Below, piece by piece: positions 25,250 to 37,876 of a DNA stretch of 64,000 nucleotides. The notes under the pieces were generated by a model. The model made no database searches and was not told the origin of the DNA. It saw only the letters and a program-made list of their open reading frames with translations. Source of the DNA: Podarcis vaucheri (taxonomy: Eukaryota); assembly GCA_965113315.1 (NCBI GenBank), contig OZ220373.1, one strand, 5' to 3'. Position 1 is the stretch's first letter, and every line of letters begins with the position of its first letter. The position numbers and the translations under genes were made by a program.

Positions 25250-28200
25250 GTAGGTGCTTCCCTGGGGCGGGGGGCGCAGCAGGACTCTCCCCAGACTCCC
25301 CTTGTCCTCCCCCACTGCTGAGTAATTTTGCTTTTTTGCTGCCTTCCTTCGCAGGTCGACCGAAGCGTCCTTCCTTCCTTAGGGTCTTCTCACCCTCCCT
25401 CTTTATTTTTATTTTTTTTAGTGCTGCTTTCTATTAGTATTGCCTTTGGGTCCTTTCCCCCACCCCACTCTAAGAAGCTCGCGTTGTGTGTGTGGGTTGG
25501 TCCTTTTGGTTTTCAGGACTCAGAGGCAACATCCTCCTATCTTTTCTTAGTTCCCTCTTTTTCAATAAAAAGAAGTAACAGAGGGGCACCCTCTCAACCA
25601 GGCGTCCCTTCTTGCCAACCTCGGCTCCCCCCCCCCCAAACCCACGAGAGGATGCTTGGCAGGCAATGCCCCTCTTGTCAAATCCACCCCACTCACCCAT
25701 TTTGTGCTTATAGCCCCCTTCCTCTCTAGTGTCGCCTATTCTGCCCCTCGTATATTTTTTTGTTTTTGATTGTTATATATCTAAGTGGGATTGCCAGTTG
25801 CTCGGCCTGAGGGGCTTCTAGGCTAGGAAGGGAAATGTCATTTTAAGAATAAATAGAAAAGTCACCAAAAGTCACAGTGTAAGGGGCTGATAAGCTTTTA
25901 GCGGGGGGCCCAGCTCCTTCGTATTCCTGAAACCACTCAAAAAGTGGTCTAAAGTGTGCCATTCCTGCTTTGGCCATTGATGATGGCTGGATTTGCTGTG
26001 GTACACTTTTTGCCCTCTCCTTCAGCAGGAAGGTGCCACCCATATTCCCTCTGTGCCAAGTGCACTGCTGCCCTTCCCTTGACATTGGGGGGCAAGAGTG
26101 CCCCTTTCATAACCTCCAACACATCTTCAGATCCTTCCTTTTAACAATCAACTGCTTTCTGCTTGCTTCTGCCCCCCACCTTGCCTATAATGGCAACTGA
26201 CACCTGTTGCCCAGTCTCCTTTGAGACTGATTTTGCCAGGCCTGTCCTCAGCCCTGGAGTGGAAACTCCTTTATTCTAGCGCCTTAGAATGGCACCGCAT
26301 TGTTTTCTCGTACCATGTGTTGGTGAAAGTGAGGAAGAGCGGGTGACTGCGGAGTACCACAAACAAAACAAACACCTATTATAGAGTTCAACCAGAGTCA
26401 CTGTTATGCCTAGAATACTTCCGGGAAGATACCTCTTCTTTAATGGCTCCTCACAAAACCCTTCTCTCTGGTGGACTGTGACTTGTGACTTGCATCTCCA
26501 CAGCAGGATCTTTTGTTTGTAAATGCTACCTTGGCTCTTTGGTGCCCTGTTGCCCTTGTGGTTTGAAATCCCTTATTCAGAGATGATGGCCACTGAACAT
26601 TTGCTTGGCATGGTCTGGCAGGCTTAGTTGGCCGAGTTTCCACTGCAAGATGAGCAGTGAGTTACTTCATTCTTACTGGTACAAGAAAAAAGCATCTATT
26701 TTCTGTGGGTGATGCAGTTGGGTGGCTGAACTTTCTTGAACTTTCTAGGGCACTGATAGGGTGGCAGACTTTATCAGTACTTTCCAGCTGTTTCTTTTCC
26801 CTGCAAACAATGTGACTCTTACCTCTAGAAAATTGTTGGTTATTTGAAATTTCCCTCACTCCCCAAAGATCAGCTTAAGTGAGTGATAAATAATAAACAA
26901 TTGATACACTTAGAAACTTGTTTTTTGGTAGTTACCTGTCACCTTAAACTTGGCATTCTGGCATTCCCTTTCTCCTTGTTCAAGTGGGTCTGTAGCAGAG
27001 TTTCAACCTACATTGTTACTGAAACCTTTAATCTTATGATTTGAGACCATCATAATGCATTGTAACTTGTTTCTTTACATATTAGCTGTTGATCTCATTA
27101 TGAGACAGACAAATGGGGTGTCTGGAAGAGAGGTATGCAAGGAGCTTGTATGAAAAAGGATAAAATATCAGGGTAAATTACTCTGTGTATGGCTTGAGAG
27201 AGCACAAACATTAGAAATTCAGCAGTTTTATGTTGAAGGTATGTGAGATGCTGTGAAGATGACAGCTTTGTTATTCAGGTGATATAGGAGGAAATCCCAG
27301 GTAGCAGGAAAGTCCTGACAAGACGAAGGTAGGATGGCTCAGGAGGGGATTTAGCAAAGTTTTACAGAAATTGCAAGAGGGACAGAGAGGCATAATGCAT
27401 GCTTCTGGCATTTATGAATAGCTGTTTCATCCATGTCTTCTGTTCTATGGCCTAGCTGCTAGGTGTGTGTAGCCACTATCTACTTCCAAACAGGAGGTGC
27501 ACTTGCACCCCTCAGTAGATTTGTGCAGATCAGTTAGGGATAGTTACCACACCTGTCTGCTGATAAAATAATTAAACTGATGTGTGGGGAGGACCAATTT
27601 GTATTGCTATTAGGGTGCTGGGCTGCTTCCACAGTTCTGTGCCTACTTAATTTCCCCCCTGTTTGCTTCTGCTGTCAAATCAGTGGCTTCTTTAGGAGTG
27701 GGGATATTTGTTTGGGAGGCAGGGATGAGGTCTCTGAACTGAGCTGCGCACCCCTAGTTTAGCAGCTTCTTATTCTCTCCCTATCAAGCCAGCTGGAATT
27801 GGCAAGAAGCAAAATGTGCTGAGAAACTAGCTTGAGTTAATTAACACAAGTGCATTGGAAGAACCTTTTGTTCTATGGCTACTGAATAGTGTGTGATTTA
27901 AATTGTTGCTGTGTAACATCTGAGCATTTTAATCTAAATACAAGTTCATATTTCATACCGCTGAGTTTTGAATTGGTTCAGGTGTTAGTATATAACCTTT
28001 CTGCTATCATGACTGTTACTTAAGTATAGTAAACGCATGGTATAAACATTCAGTTGGTCAATTAGCTAATTTATTTATTATATTTTCAACATCTGTAAGA
28101 TCGCTGTCATTAATACAGGCAGACAATATACATCAAAAGTCGCACTAAGCATAGTGGGGCTTACATCTGTGTAAACATACATAGAATTGCTCTGTAGGTC

Positions 28201-28565
28201 ATTCTTGGAGGAAATGGGATGACAAAGGTGTAATAAACTTCAGATCAATAATATAATCTCTTTGGGAATAGAAGCTTCGGGCAAAGCCTTTAAGTCAGTT
28301 TCTTATAGAACAATGTATTGGTGGCACACCCCAGGACAAATAGATGTAGCACAAATATTTTTGCATGCTTTATTGACAAGAAACCCGTGAATAATCAAGG
28401 TGTAAGGCAGAAGTAGATAAACATGTCACTGTTTAGATTATGATGGGCTACAACTCGCATTATACCTGACTGCTGATGGTACTGGCTGGGGCTGAAGGGA
28501 GCTGATGGCAGCAGTTTTCATGCACCCTTCTGTAAGGTTTCCCAAAATGCCAGTTCCAACCCACA

Positions 28566-28728
28566 CAGTGGCGTAGCGTGGGTTGTCAGCACCTGGGGCA
28601 AGGCAAGTAATTTGCGCCCCCTAACCCGTGGATTTGCACCCCCTGACCCGTGGATTTGCGTACCCTAACCCCCAGATGTTGCGCCCGGTGCGGCCGGCCC
28701 CCCCTGCACCCCCCACGCTACGCCACTG
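28566..28728. mobile_element. Young hAT MITE (163 bp)
   Basis: Perfect 17-bp TIR CAGTGGCGTAGCGTGGG; perfect 8-bp TSD AACCCACA; internal short tandem repeat. Confidence 0.93.
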
Positions 28729-30638
28729 AACCCACAGAATTCAAGCAAAGTTGCAGCTCTCTTGACTCCTGAAGTGCTCAGTTGCATCAGTAGAGAGTTT
28801 GTGGAGAAGAGGCAGAGGATAGTATGTACAGATGGATAGGAAGGTGAATGTGATGGAGGTGTTGTGAGGGTTCAAGGAACAGAGGAGGTGCTGAATCAGT
28901 GCTGCTCATGACATAAGAGCTAGGTGAGCATGATGTATTTCCCAACTGTTAAACCTTGAAATTTCATTGTGTATCCCCCCTCCCAACATAATGTTGATTC
29001 ACCTTTACAAGTGAGAGCACATTTCCAAAAAGTTTGGAAAAACTGTTTCAATTGTGTTGGAGATATTGGGAAACAAGAGCATGCACACACACAACGGAGC
29101 AAAGTACTGATACAAACTGCATATAAAAAAAACCACCCTGACACACAACCTTTAACTGTGTACATATTTCTGCAAACAGCTATTCTATATACATGTTAAC
29201 AGAGCCAACATGGTATATGTAGAGGTTAGAGTGTTGCACTTGAACACAGGAAATCCCACTGAGCTATAAAGCCAACTGTGTGTGCTTGTTGTGCAGTTCA
29301 CAGAGGGGTGGCCTATGACAACCTAGTGATAGGTCAGTGGAGTGTTGCAAGTTGTACTTTCAGGAGTTAGTAATTTCCTTTCACTGCCATGTTTCTGTCT
29401 TTTGGTGAGCAAAAGCCAGTAAATACTGAAGTAATGCTAGACACGAAGAAAAGACTGAGACACTGAGAACTAGTGTGGTAGAATAGCCAGAGTGCTCAGT
29501 TTGAATGGGCCTACCCAGATCCAAATCCTGTCTGAGCCATAAAGCTCATTTGATGTCTTCATCACTTCCTTTCATCCTAGCCTCCGCCACAGAATCTGTA
29601 GTGCAAGAGCATGGCATTGCTGAGCATGCTTACTCTAGTGGACTTCCTCTTGAGGAAGTATGTGTTGAATACAAACTTCAGGGATGGTTATGATGATTAA
29701 TTTTGCCATGGTGAAAAATATCCCTGTGATTCCTTACGGATACAACTCTTTATGTATTAGGGCCATGAAATACAAATCTCTCTGTGTAACGTGTGCCATG
29801 AATATGTGTTTTAAGGTAGTATTCTAGATCCGTTGAGGACCTCTTGAAGAAGCAATGTGAGCTTGCTTTAGAACAGAGATATAACTCAAGATTGTAGGGA
29901 AACTTCCCCTTTTCATTCTTTGGTTAGTAAAACAAATTATGAATGGTATGGGAGCTGTCTTCATGAGCAGAACTTATGATTTTAGAAAACATAAATGATT
30001 ATTTCAAAAAATTATGGATTTGAACTCTGAATTCACAAGTGTGATGAATAATTTGTGTTGTGACAGCTTGAAAGAGTCTCTTTTTTTCGCTTGAAACTAT
30101 GAAGCATGTTTCCAATAGTGTACCTGAATGAGTGTGTGGAGGGAATAATTTTAACAGTAATGTGCTTTTTATAGTAATCTTAAACCAACACGTTGCTTAA
30201 AACGCTGCAGGATAAAAATTCATCTTGGGGATGAATTTTGCAAATATTTGTGTGTGTGTGCCTGTTTTCTTAACAGCAAGTGGAGGTACATGCGTGGGGA
30301 TCCTTGGATCTTGACTGTTTTCACACACTAACACCCCATCCTGTGGAATTATATCCATTATATTTCATCTGCACATTCAGAATGAATGTCAGGAACCAAA
30401 AAGTCGTATTGAAAAATACAACTTTAAAGAAGTCTGGTCCCAAACACGACAACTAGGCATTCCGTTTTGGTGACTGTAACCCTGGTTAAAGGGGGCATTT
30501 GGCACCTAGCTTATATATCAGTTTCTAATGCTGCCTGTGAAAAGGAAGAACAGAAGGAGGGAGGGAGGCAAAGACATAACCAGGGCTTGCTCCAGTTGGA
30601 CTGCCTCCATCCGCCTGGCCAAGTTCATGTTTTATATA

Positions 30639-31128
30639 CCGTATTTTTCTGTGTATAAGATGATGCTTTTTGCTTAAAAAAAACCAGGCAAAATTTGGGT
30701 GCTGTCTTATACACGGATAGGGAATGCAGAGGGGGGACGTGTGATTAATGGCAGCAGCAGGCAGGAGATTGGGCGGGCGATTGGTGGCTGCGGAAAGGCC
30801 TGCTGGTGATTAGCTGTGACTGCAGCAATTGGGCAGGCAGTTGGCGGCTGTGGCAAGGCAGGCAGGTGATTGGCGGCTGAGGCAAGTGGGCATGTGGGCT
30901 GTTGGTGGCGGTGAGCGGGCAGACAATTGGCAGCTGCGGCAAGGTGTGCGATTGGCAGTGGCTGTGGCAAGCGATTGGCAATGGCGGGCAGGTGGGTGAG
31001 CGATTGGCAGAAGTGATCTCCCCCCCCCCAAAAAAACGCTAAACAACTTAATTTCTTAATTTCAGGTTTTTTAAAAATAGGGGTTTTTCTTATACATGGG
31101 GGGCGTTTTATAGCACTTGAAAACTGGG
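30639..31128. mobile_element. Tc2/pogo-like MITE (CCGTATTT type) with internal GC-rich minisatellite
   Basis: TA-CCGTATTTTTC start; GGCAGGTGATTGGCGGCTG-like repeats 30740-31016; right TIR degenerate. Confidence 0.7.
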
Positions 31129-31764
31129 TGCCTTGGCAGAAAGGTGGTCTATAAATGCAATAGATTAATAAATCAGTGCCAGTTATTAACATGGTTCCTT
31201 TTGTCTTTTGCCCCACTCCTCCTCGCATCCTTTGTCCTTTTATATGCCTCTGACATCGCTGAATATATAGTATGGGTTGACCGTACAGTAATGCTGTATG
31301 GAAATCAGAGAGAACAGATTGAACACAATAGACAATATAAAAACCAAAAAGCTGTGCAAAGTGGTGCTGCTATACTTTGCGTGTGTGAATTTTTAATAAA
31401 CTTTTTCAAACGTTTTCACAATAACCTTAAAATCAAATACATTGTTTCGTAAGTTGACTTCCCTGCCTCACCTCCACAGTGTTTTTACTCAAACATTTTC
31501 TACTGCATTATTTCTTTATGTATCACAAAAAGTTTCTCTGTTGCAAATGTTTTGTCATTTTTCTTCTGCTGCTTTTATCTCGAGTCCTGCCCGCGATTTC
31601 ATTTGACTGTAAATTTTTTTAATAGCCCATGAAAGGCCTCCATTCTTCTATGAAAAGTTCATCGTCTCTCAATTTTGCTTTCAGTTTTGCCATTTCTGCA
31701 TTGCTTTCAAAAGCCGCTCCTCCTTTGTTGGAACCTTCCCTTCTTTCCATTTCTGTGCATGTTT

Positions 31765-31867
31765 TGAGATTACAATTCCAATCATCCCTGACCACTGGTC
31801 CTGCTAGCTAGGGATCATGGGAGTTGTAGGCCAAAAACATCTGGAGGGCTGAGGTCGAGGAAGCCTG
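31765..31867. mobile_element. Palindromic hAT (Charlie-like) MITE remnant
   Basis: TACAATTCCAATCATCCCTGACCACTGGTCCTGCTAGCTAGGGATCATGGGAGTTGTAG, shared with 54246-54370. Confidence 0.7.
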
Positions 31868-32134
31868 TTTTAGCTGCTGTTGTCATATGCAAAGTGAGGA
31901 TTTTCTTTGGAACATCTGTCCCTATTACACCTATAAGGAAAGGAAGATGAAGCAAAGGGAGTTAGAACTGTTTACTACCTCATTTCCTCCTAAGGAAGCT
32001 TTGGTTTTGTTGACAAAGGAGTCAACTGGTTTCATTTTCTAAACCAGGGTATCCACTTAGTTTTGGGAACTGCATCAGTCCCCACCACTTCCATATATTC
32101 AGTGAGAAGTTCATGTGAACAGGGGGAAATGTAC

Positions 32135-32354
32135 CCGTATTTTTCGCACCAGACCATAAGACGCACCTAGTTTTTGGAAGAGGAAAACAAGAAAAAAAAA
32201 ATTCTGAATCTCAGAACAGCAAGAGGGATCAATCCCTCTTGCTGTTCTGGCTTCTGTGATAGCTGCACAGCCTGCATTCATTCCATAAGACGCACACACA
32301 TTTCCCCTTACTTTTTAGGAGGGAAAAGTGAGTCTTATAGAGCAAAAAATACGG
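32135..32354. mobile_element. Tc2/pogo-like MITE
   Basis: CCGTATTTTTCGC ... GCAAAAAATACGG-TA; same family as 56283-56522 in the opposite orientation. Confidence 0.85.
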
Positions 32355-33618
32355 TAATTTAACTTGCATCCAAGGTTTCAACTGTGTGCCTTTCTAATGA
32401 AAACAAAGGGAGGCATTTTAATGTTTATTATAAGTTGTATAACTTGCAAAGATCTAAGTTCTTGCATGTTTGGAAAGTATTAAATCCTTCGCAATTTAGT
32501 TTTTCAATTGTTTGAAAAAGATTAAGTTTGCAACTATTGGAAGCCTGAGATACTGCAGGCGGATGAGCCTGCTAGAAGGAAGGCATATGAATGCACAAAT
32601 GAGTTAATGTTTGTGTTTATTGGCACATTATCAGAGTTCTTTCCCTCAGCTGTGTTGAGGGATTACCCTTATAAGTAGTGGCATAGCTAATTTTCCAGGT
32701 CAGTTCAATCTTTGGCCCTCCTGCGGATAATGATAGCCTGATTACTGATCGTTGATGTGGATTGGTCTCCATGGCAACTAGGTCTGAAACTGCCTCCTTA
32801 ATTTCCTAAAAGCCCTCAAACAACCAGGCTCAGAATAGTGATTTGGATTTTTATTTGCAGCACTTTGTCAAAACCAAATAATGTTCAAATCCATTAAATA
32901 CAAGTGCATTGAGTATTATTGCTGTGTGGGCCTTCCGTTTGGCCCTTGTTTTCTCAGCTCCCCCAGCAGAAGTTCCTAACAAATACAGCAAAAAAATAAA
33001 ATAAAATATTTTTTGTCAACATGCATTTCTTCCCAGATAATCTTCTGGTACTTAAAAATTACCAGAGGACTCAACCATTTCCCTCCTAACCTTTTTTGAA
33101 TATAAAGGGCACAGTGGACACAACAATGATCTTCAATAGCGATATAAATGAAGCTGAATGTTTCTGAATCCTCGTGTTACCACCAGAATGGAGCACAATT
33201 GCTGCAAAACCGGCTCTAATCATTTGTCTCCACACCAGCTCATTTGGGCATTGCAGGATTCCAAGCTTAATTCTACAGCTATTGATTTTTCAATACAGTT
33301 TTCTCTCTCTCTTTCTCTCTTTCCATACTTTAATACAAGCCTTTACCTGTAGGAAAATATAAGCAATACTGAGATTTCCTCTCAAATATAAAGCTATAAT
33401 CTTGGATATTATTTATTGTGATGATGGTATTATTGTGTATTTATCCTAATTTCCAAGGATATGACTAGTTGTAGTAGATAACACCATGTGATAAGTGCCC
33501 ATGGAGCTGTGTTGTATGGGGCTTATGTACCAGATTAATTTTACTGTCCTGAATGCCATTTGCACTCTTGTTCTAAAACTTTTATCCCTTGCTTTATGTG
33601 TGTACTTATGGTTCATCA

Positions 33619-33968
33619 AGGGACACGGGTGGCGCTGTGGGTTAAACCACAGAGCCTAGGACTTGCCGATCAGAAGGTCGGCGGTTTGAATCCCCGTGAC
33701 GGGGTGAGCTCCCGTTGCTCGGTCCCTGCTCCTGCCAACCTAGCAGTTCGAAAACATGTCAAAGTGCAAGTAGATAAATAGGTACCACTCTGGCGGGAAG
33801 GTAAACGGCGCTTCCGTGCGCTGCTCTGGTTTGCCAGAAGCGGCTTAGTCATGCTGGCCACATGACCCGGAAGCTATATGCTGGCTCACTTGGCCAGTAA
33901 AGCGAGATGAGCGCCGCAACCCCAGAGTCGGCCACGACTGGACCTAATGGTCAGGGGTCCCTTTACCT
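33619..33968 (+). mobile_element. Full-length Sauria SINE
   Basis: GGGACACGGGTGGCGCTGTGG head, B-box-like GGTTTGAATCC, CCTTTACCTTT tail; 13-bp TSD TTATGGTTCATCA. Confidence 0.95.
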
Positions 33969-34490
33969 TTATGGTTCATCAGTTGAGGTTGATGTGCAGA
34001 TGAGTCCCCTTCCAGCCCCCAAAATACCTTGGCTTGACTCTTGAGGTGCAATGCAGTGGGTGTTCAGATCCTAAAACCTTTATTTGTTGGCTCGTTGGTA
34101 TTAAGGTTGCTATGTGATATACAGTACAGTCCATTAGGATAAACTGCGCTGAACCTTGCATCACGCTTCAAAATGCAGTTTTGAGTCATGGCTTGAGCAC
34201 ACAGGTGTATAATTTAGTCTTCTCTAATCACCACCTAGTGCTTGTTTGCTTTAAACAATTATCACTTAAACAGATTAATAATGAATAAAACTTTAACATT
34301 TATTTTGCCCCCTTGTATGCTGTCAAATTACAGTTTATCTAAGTAGCTTTCAGTGTATTCAGACCTGGTTTTTGCCCTTAATTTCAGCTCATTTAAAAAA
34401 GTGTCAGTTTTGCTCTTCATTCCCTTCCTTTCAACCTTTTGGTATCTAAACTTTCCCATTGGCAGTTACATAGGCCATATGTCACCAGGC

Positions 34491-34636
34491 CAGAACCATA
34501 GAATTGTAGAGTTGGAAGGGACCGCAAGGGTGATGTGGTCCAATCCCCTGCAATGCAGGAATCTTTTGCTCAATGTAGGGCTTGAACCTACAACCCTGAG
34601 ATTCAGAGTTTTATGCTCTAGTGACTGAGCCATCCC
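34491..34636 (-). mobile_element. tRNA-Lys-derived SINE with CR1 3' tail
   Basis: Minus strand GGATGGCTCAGTCACTAGAGCATAAAACTCTGAATCTCAGGGTTGTAGGTTCAAGCCCTACATTGAGCA resembles tRNA-Lys(CTT), followed by CR1 tail CCCTTCCAACTCTACAATTCTATG. Confidence 0.85.
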
Positions 34637-34704
34637 TTGAAGGTGGAAACTAGGATTAATTAGGCACAAAAAATTAGCAAGATGAATGATAAATAGGGGC
34701 TGTA

Positions 34705-35489
34705 CAGTGGTACCTCTAGTTGTGGACACGATCCGTTCTGGGGTGCCGTTCACACCCTGAAAAGTCCGCAACTACAAGTGAAACCCGGAAAATTAGAATA
34801 TCGTGGAAAAGTTCATTTATTTCAGTAATTCAACTTAAAAGGTGAAACTAATAGATGAGATAGACTCATGACATGCAAAGTGAGATATGTCAAGCCTTTA
34901 TTTGTTATAATTGTGATGTTCATGGCGTACAGCTGATGAAAACCCCAAATTAACAACCTCAGAAAATAGAATATTAAATGAAATCAGCAAAACAAGGGCT
35001 GCAAATAGAGCAATATTGGACCTCTGAGAAGTAGAAGCATGCATATGTACTCAGTACTTGGTTTGGGCCCCTTTTGCATCAATTACTGCCTCAATGCCGC
35101 GTGGCATGGATGCTATCAGCCTATGGCACTAGTGAGGTGTTATGGAAAACTAGGAAGCTGAGTACATGTGCATATATGCAAATAAAGGCTTGACATATCT
35201 CGCTTTGCATGTCATGAGTCTATCTCATATATTAGTTTCGCCTTTTAAGTTGAATTACTGTAATAAATTAACGTTTCCACGATATTCTAATTTTCCAAGT
35301 TTCATCTGTAGAGCAGCGGTTCTGCACAAGCACGGAGCACGATAGAGCACTTTTACGCATGTGCAAAGCATGCAGAATGCTTCTGCGCATGCGTGTGTGG
35401 CGAAACCCGGAAATATACACTTTTCGGGTTGCTGCGTTTGCAACCCGAAAATCCGCAACATGAAGCAAACACAACTAGAGGTATGACTG
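34705..35489. mobile_element. pogo/Tigger-like MITE hosting a nested Tc1 element
   Basis: TA-CAGTGGTACCTCTAGTTG ... CAACTAGAGGTATGACTG-TA. Confidence 0.85.
34775..35308 (-). mobile_element. Internally deleted Tc1 transposon
   Basis: About 130-bp TIRs (GAAAATTAGAATATCGTGGAAA...), TA TSD; minus strand 35051-35146 reads SITPH*CHRLIASMPRGIEAVIDAKGAQTKY*, the Tc1 transposase C-terminus. Confidence 0.92.
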
Positions 35490-35726
35490 TATATATATTT
35501 AATATCCCAGGCACTTTGAATCTTTCTGTGAATCTGTTTGGTCCTTTTCCTTCTGGTTCTTGGATTCTTCTTTGCTTGTGGTTCCTAGAGTTGAATGGAG
35601 GGCTGAACAGTTATTTTCTTGTTTTGTTAAAGTCCAAGTTTTATGTACTGCGAATGCATTCCGCAGGTAGGAGGATAACATATGGAATGAGGGACTGGGT
35701 AAAAGCGGCTTATTGGTTTAAAAAAA

Positions 35727-36102
35727 AAAAGGTAAAGTACCCCTGGACGGTTAAGTCCAGTCAAAGGCGACTATGGGGTTGCGGCGCTCATCTCGCTTTC
35801 AGGCCAAGGGAGCCGGCGTTTGTCCACAGACAGCTTTCCGGGTCATGTGGCCAGCAGGACTAAACCACTTCTGGCGCAACAAGACACCGTGACAGAAACC
35901 AGAGCACAAGGAAACACCATTTACCTTCCCGCTGCAGCGGTACCTATTTATCTACTTGCACTGTTGTGCTTTGAAACTGCTAGGTTGGCAGGAGCTGGAA
36001 CAGAGCAACGGGAGCTAACTCTGTTGCGGGGATTCGAACCGCCGAACTTCCGATTGGCAAGCCCAAGAGGCTCAGTGGTTTGCACCACAGCGCCACCCGT
36101 GT
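35727..36102 (-). mobile_element. Sauria SINE
   Basis: AAAGGTAAAGTACCCCTGG tail; conserved core GGTACCTATTTATCTACTTGCA; head CACAGCGCCACCCGTG. Confidence 0.92.
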
Positions 36103-36236
36103 GGATAAAGCGGGAGGTGGTTGTTGTAGGAACTGGGGAGGCAAATGCATCACTAGAGTTTTACTTAGAACAATCCCCCTAACCCTGTGACGTTATATTG
36201 TGACATGAGGATTCAGGGCGGGGCTACTTAGATAAG

Positions 36237-37146
36237 TAATAATAATAATAATAATAATTTATTATTTATACCCCGCCCATCTGGCTGGGTCTCCCCAGCC
36301 ACTCTGGGCGGCTTCCACAGAAACCAAAAAACACTAAAATATCATACATTAAAAGCTTCCCTGAATAGGGCCGCCTTAAGATGTTTTCTGAATGTCAGGT
36401 AGTTTTCCATCACCTTGACATCCGATGGGAGGGCATTCCACAGGGCGGGCGCCACCACCGAAAAGGCCCTCTGCCTGGTTCCCTGTAGCTTCGCTTCTCG
36501 CAATGAGGGAACCGCCAGAAGGCCCTCGGCGCTGGACCTCAGTGTCCGGGCAGAACGATGGGGGTGGAGACGCTCCTTCAGGTATACTGGGCCGAAGTCG
36601 TTTAGGGCTTTAAAGGTCAACACCAACACTTTGAATTGTGCTCGGAAACGTACTGGGAGCCAATGTAGGTCTTTCAAGACCGGTGTTATGTGGTCTCGGC
36701 GGCCGCCCCCAGTCACCAGTCTAGCTGCCGCATTCTGGATTAGTTGTAGTTTCCGAGTCACCTTCAAAGGTAGCCCCACGTAGAGCGCATTGCAGTAGTC
36801 CAAGCGGGAGATAACTAGAGCATGCACCACTCTGGCCAGACAGTCAGCGGGCAAGTAGGGTCTCAGCCTGCGTACCAGGTGGAGTTGGTAGACAGCTGCC
36901 CTGGATACAGAATTGACCTGTGCCTCCATGGACAGCTGTGAGTCCAAAATGACTCCCAGGCTACGCACCTGGTCCTTCAGGGGCACAGTTACCCCATTCA
37001 GGACCAGGGAGTCCTCCACACCAGCCCGCCCCCTGTCCCCCAAAAACAGTACTTCTGTCTTGTCAGGATTCAACTTCAATCCATTAGCCGCCATCCATCC
37101 TCCAACCGCCTCCAGGCACTCACACAGGACCTTCACCGCCTTCACT
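36237..37146 (-). mobile_element. 5'-truncated L2-clade LINE (ORF2 C-terminus, 3' UTR, (TTA)n tail)
   Basis: ORF 36342-37145: WMAANGLKLNPDKTE...SRLDYCNALY...QNAAARLV...HITPVLKDLHWLPV...LWNALP. Confidence 0.95.
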
Positions 37147-37493
37147 TGAAATCTCAGAGGTTGGACTCTCTAGGGCCAGTTGAAGCTTCTACTTACTTGA
37201 ATGGTGTTCCCAGGTGTACCCTTTCCCCCTCTTCCCATATAAAGTGAATAGCTGCCATTCATTCACTTGAGGGTGACATTTCCCTGATATCTCAAGCCCT
37301 GCTGAAGGTATTCACATTGGAGTGCTGTGTCTCTTTAGCACAGAGAAATGTTGCTCACTCCCCCTAATCCTGGCAATCTGCAAGAATGATAGGCATTGTA
37401 TTAGTTATATATATAATATATATATAGGAACTTTTATAGGAACTCAAACACCAGATTCTGCTCTGTTCCAGTAACAAGAAGCTGAAAGCACCA

Positions 37494-37531
37494 GCCTGAA
37501 GATGACGAGTGAGACCTCGTCGAAACGTCGC
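37494..37531 (+). ncRNA. Minimal type I hammerhead ribozyme motif, copy 1
   Basis: CTGAAGA-T-GACGAG[TGAGAC]CTCGTC-GAAA-CG-TC; 6-bp stem II; palindromic ACGT in place of stem III; stem I only 2 bp. Confidence 0.7.
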
Positions 37532-37582
37532 CCAGACACCCCGACTCTTACACGGGAAGACACCCGAAGACACCAAAACCTG

Positions 37583-37584
<2 letters not shown>

Positions 37585-37614
<30 letters not shown>
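37585..37614. repeat. (AT)15 microsatellite at the centre of the inverted repeat
   Basis: Visible run between the inverted pLTR arms. Confidence 0.95.
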
Positions 37615-37617
<3 letters not shown>

Positions 37618-37666
37618 GGTTTTGGTGTCTTCGGGTGTCTTCCCGTGTAAGAGTCGGGGTGTCTGT

Positions 37667-37704
37667 GCGACGTTTCGACGAGGTCTCACTCGTCATCTTC
37701 AGGC
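37667..37704 (-). ncRNA. Minimal type I hammerhead ribozyme motif, copy 2
   Basis: Reverse complement of the copy 1 core; core identical. Confidence 0.7.
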
Positions 37705-37876
37705 TGGTGCTTTCGGCTTCTTGTTACTGGAACAGAAGTTTCTCGTAGGTTCTTGTCAGCTGGAAGGTTTCCTCCCCGTAGAGGTGAGATATTTGCTTTC
37801 GTAGATTTTCACGGGTACAGGAATGCAGGTTTTGGTGTCTTCGGGTGTCTTCCCGTGTAAGAGTCGGGGTGTCTGG

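Noticed and set aside
22031-25315. Several 130-160 aa GC-rich ORFs in the CpG islands
   Set aside because: Low-complexity, stop-poor frames expected in GC-rich promoters; no recognisable domains.
34570-34636. tRNA-Lys gene
   Set aside because: Degenerate stems and anticodon region and fused to a CR1 tail, so it is a SINE head.
36342-37145. 267-aa ORF as a host gene
   Set aside because: It is the C-terminal part of L2 ORF2 from a 5'-truncated copy.
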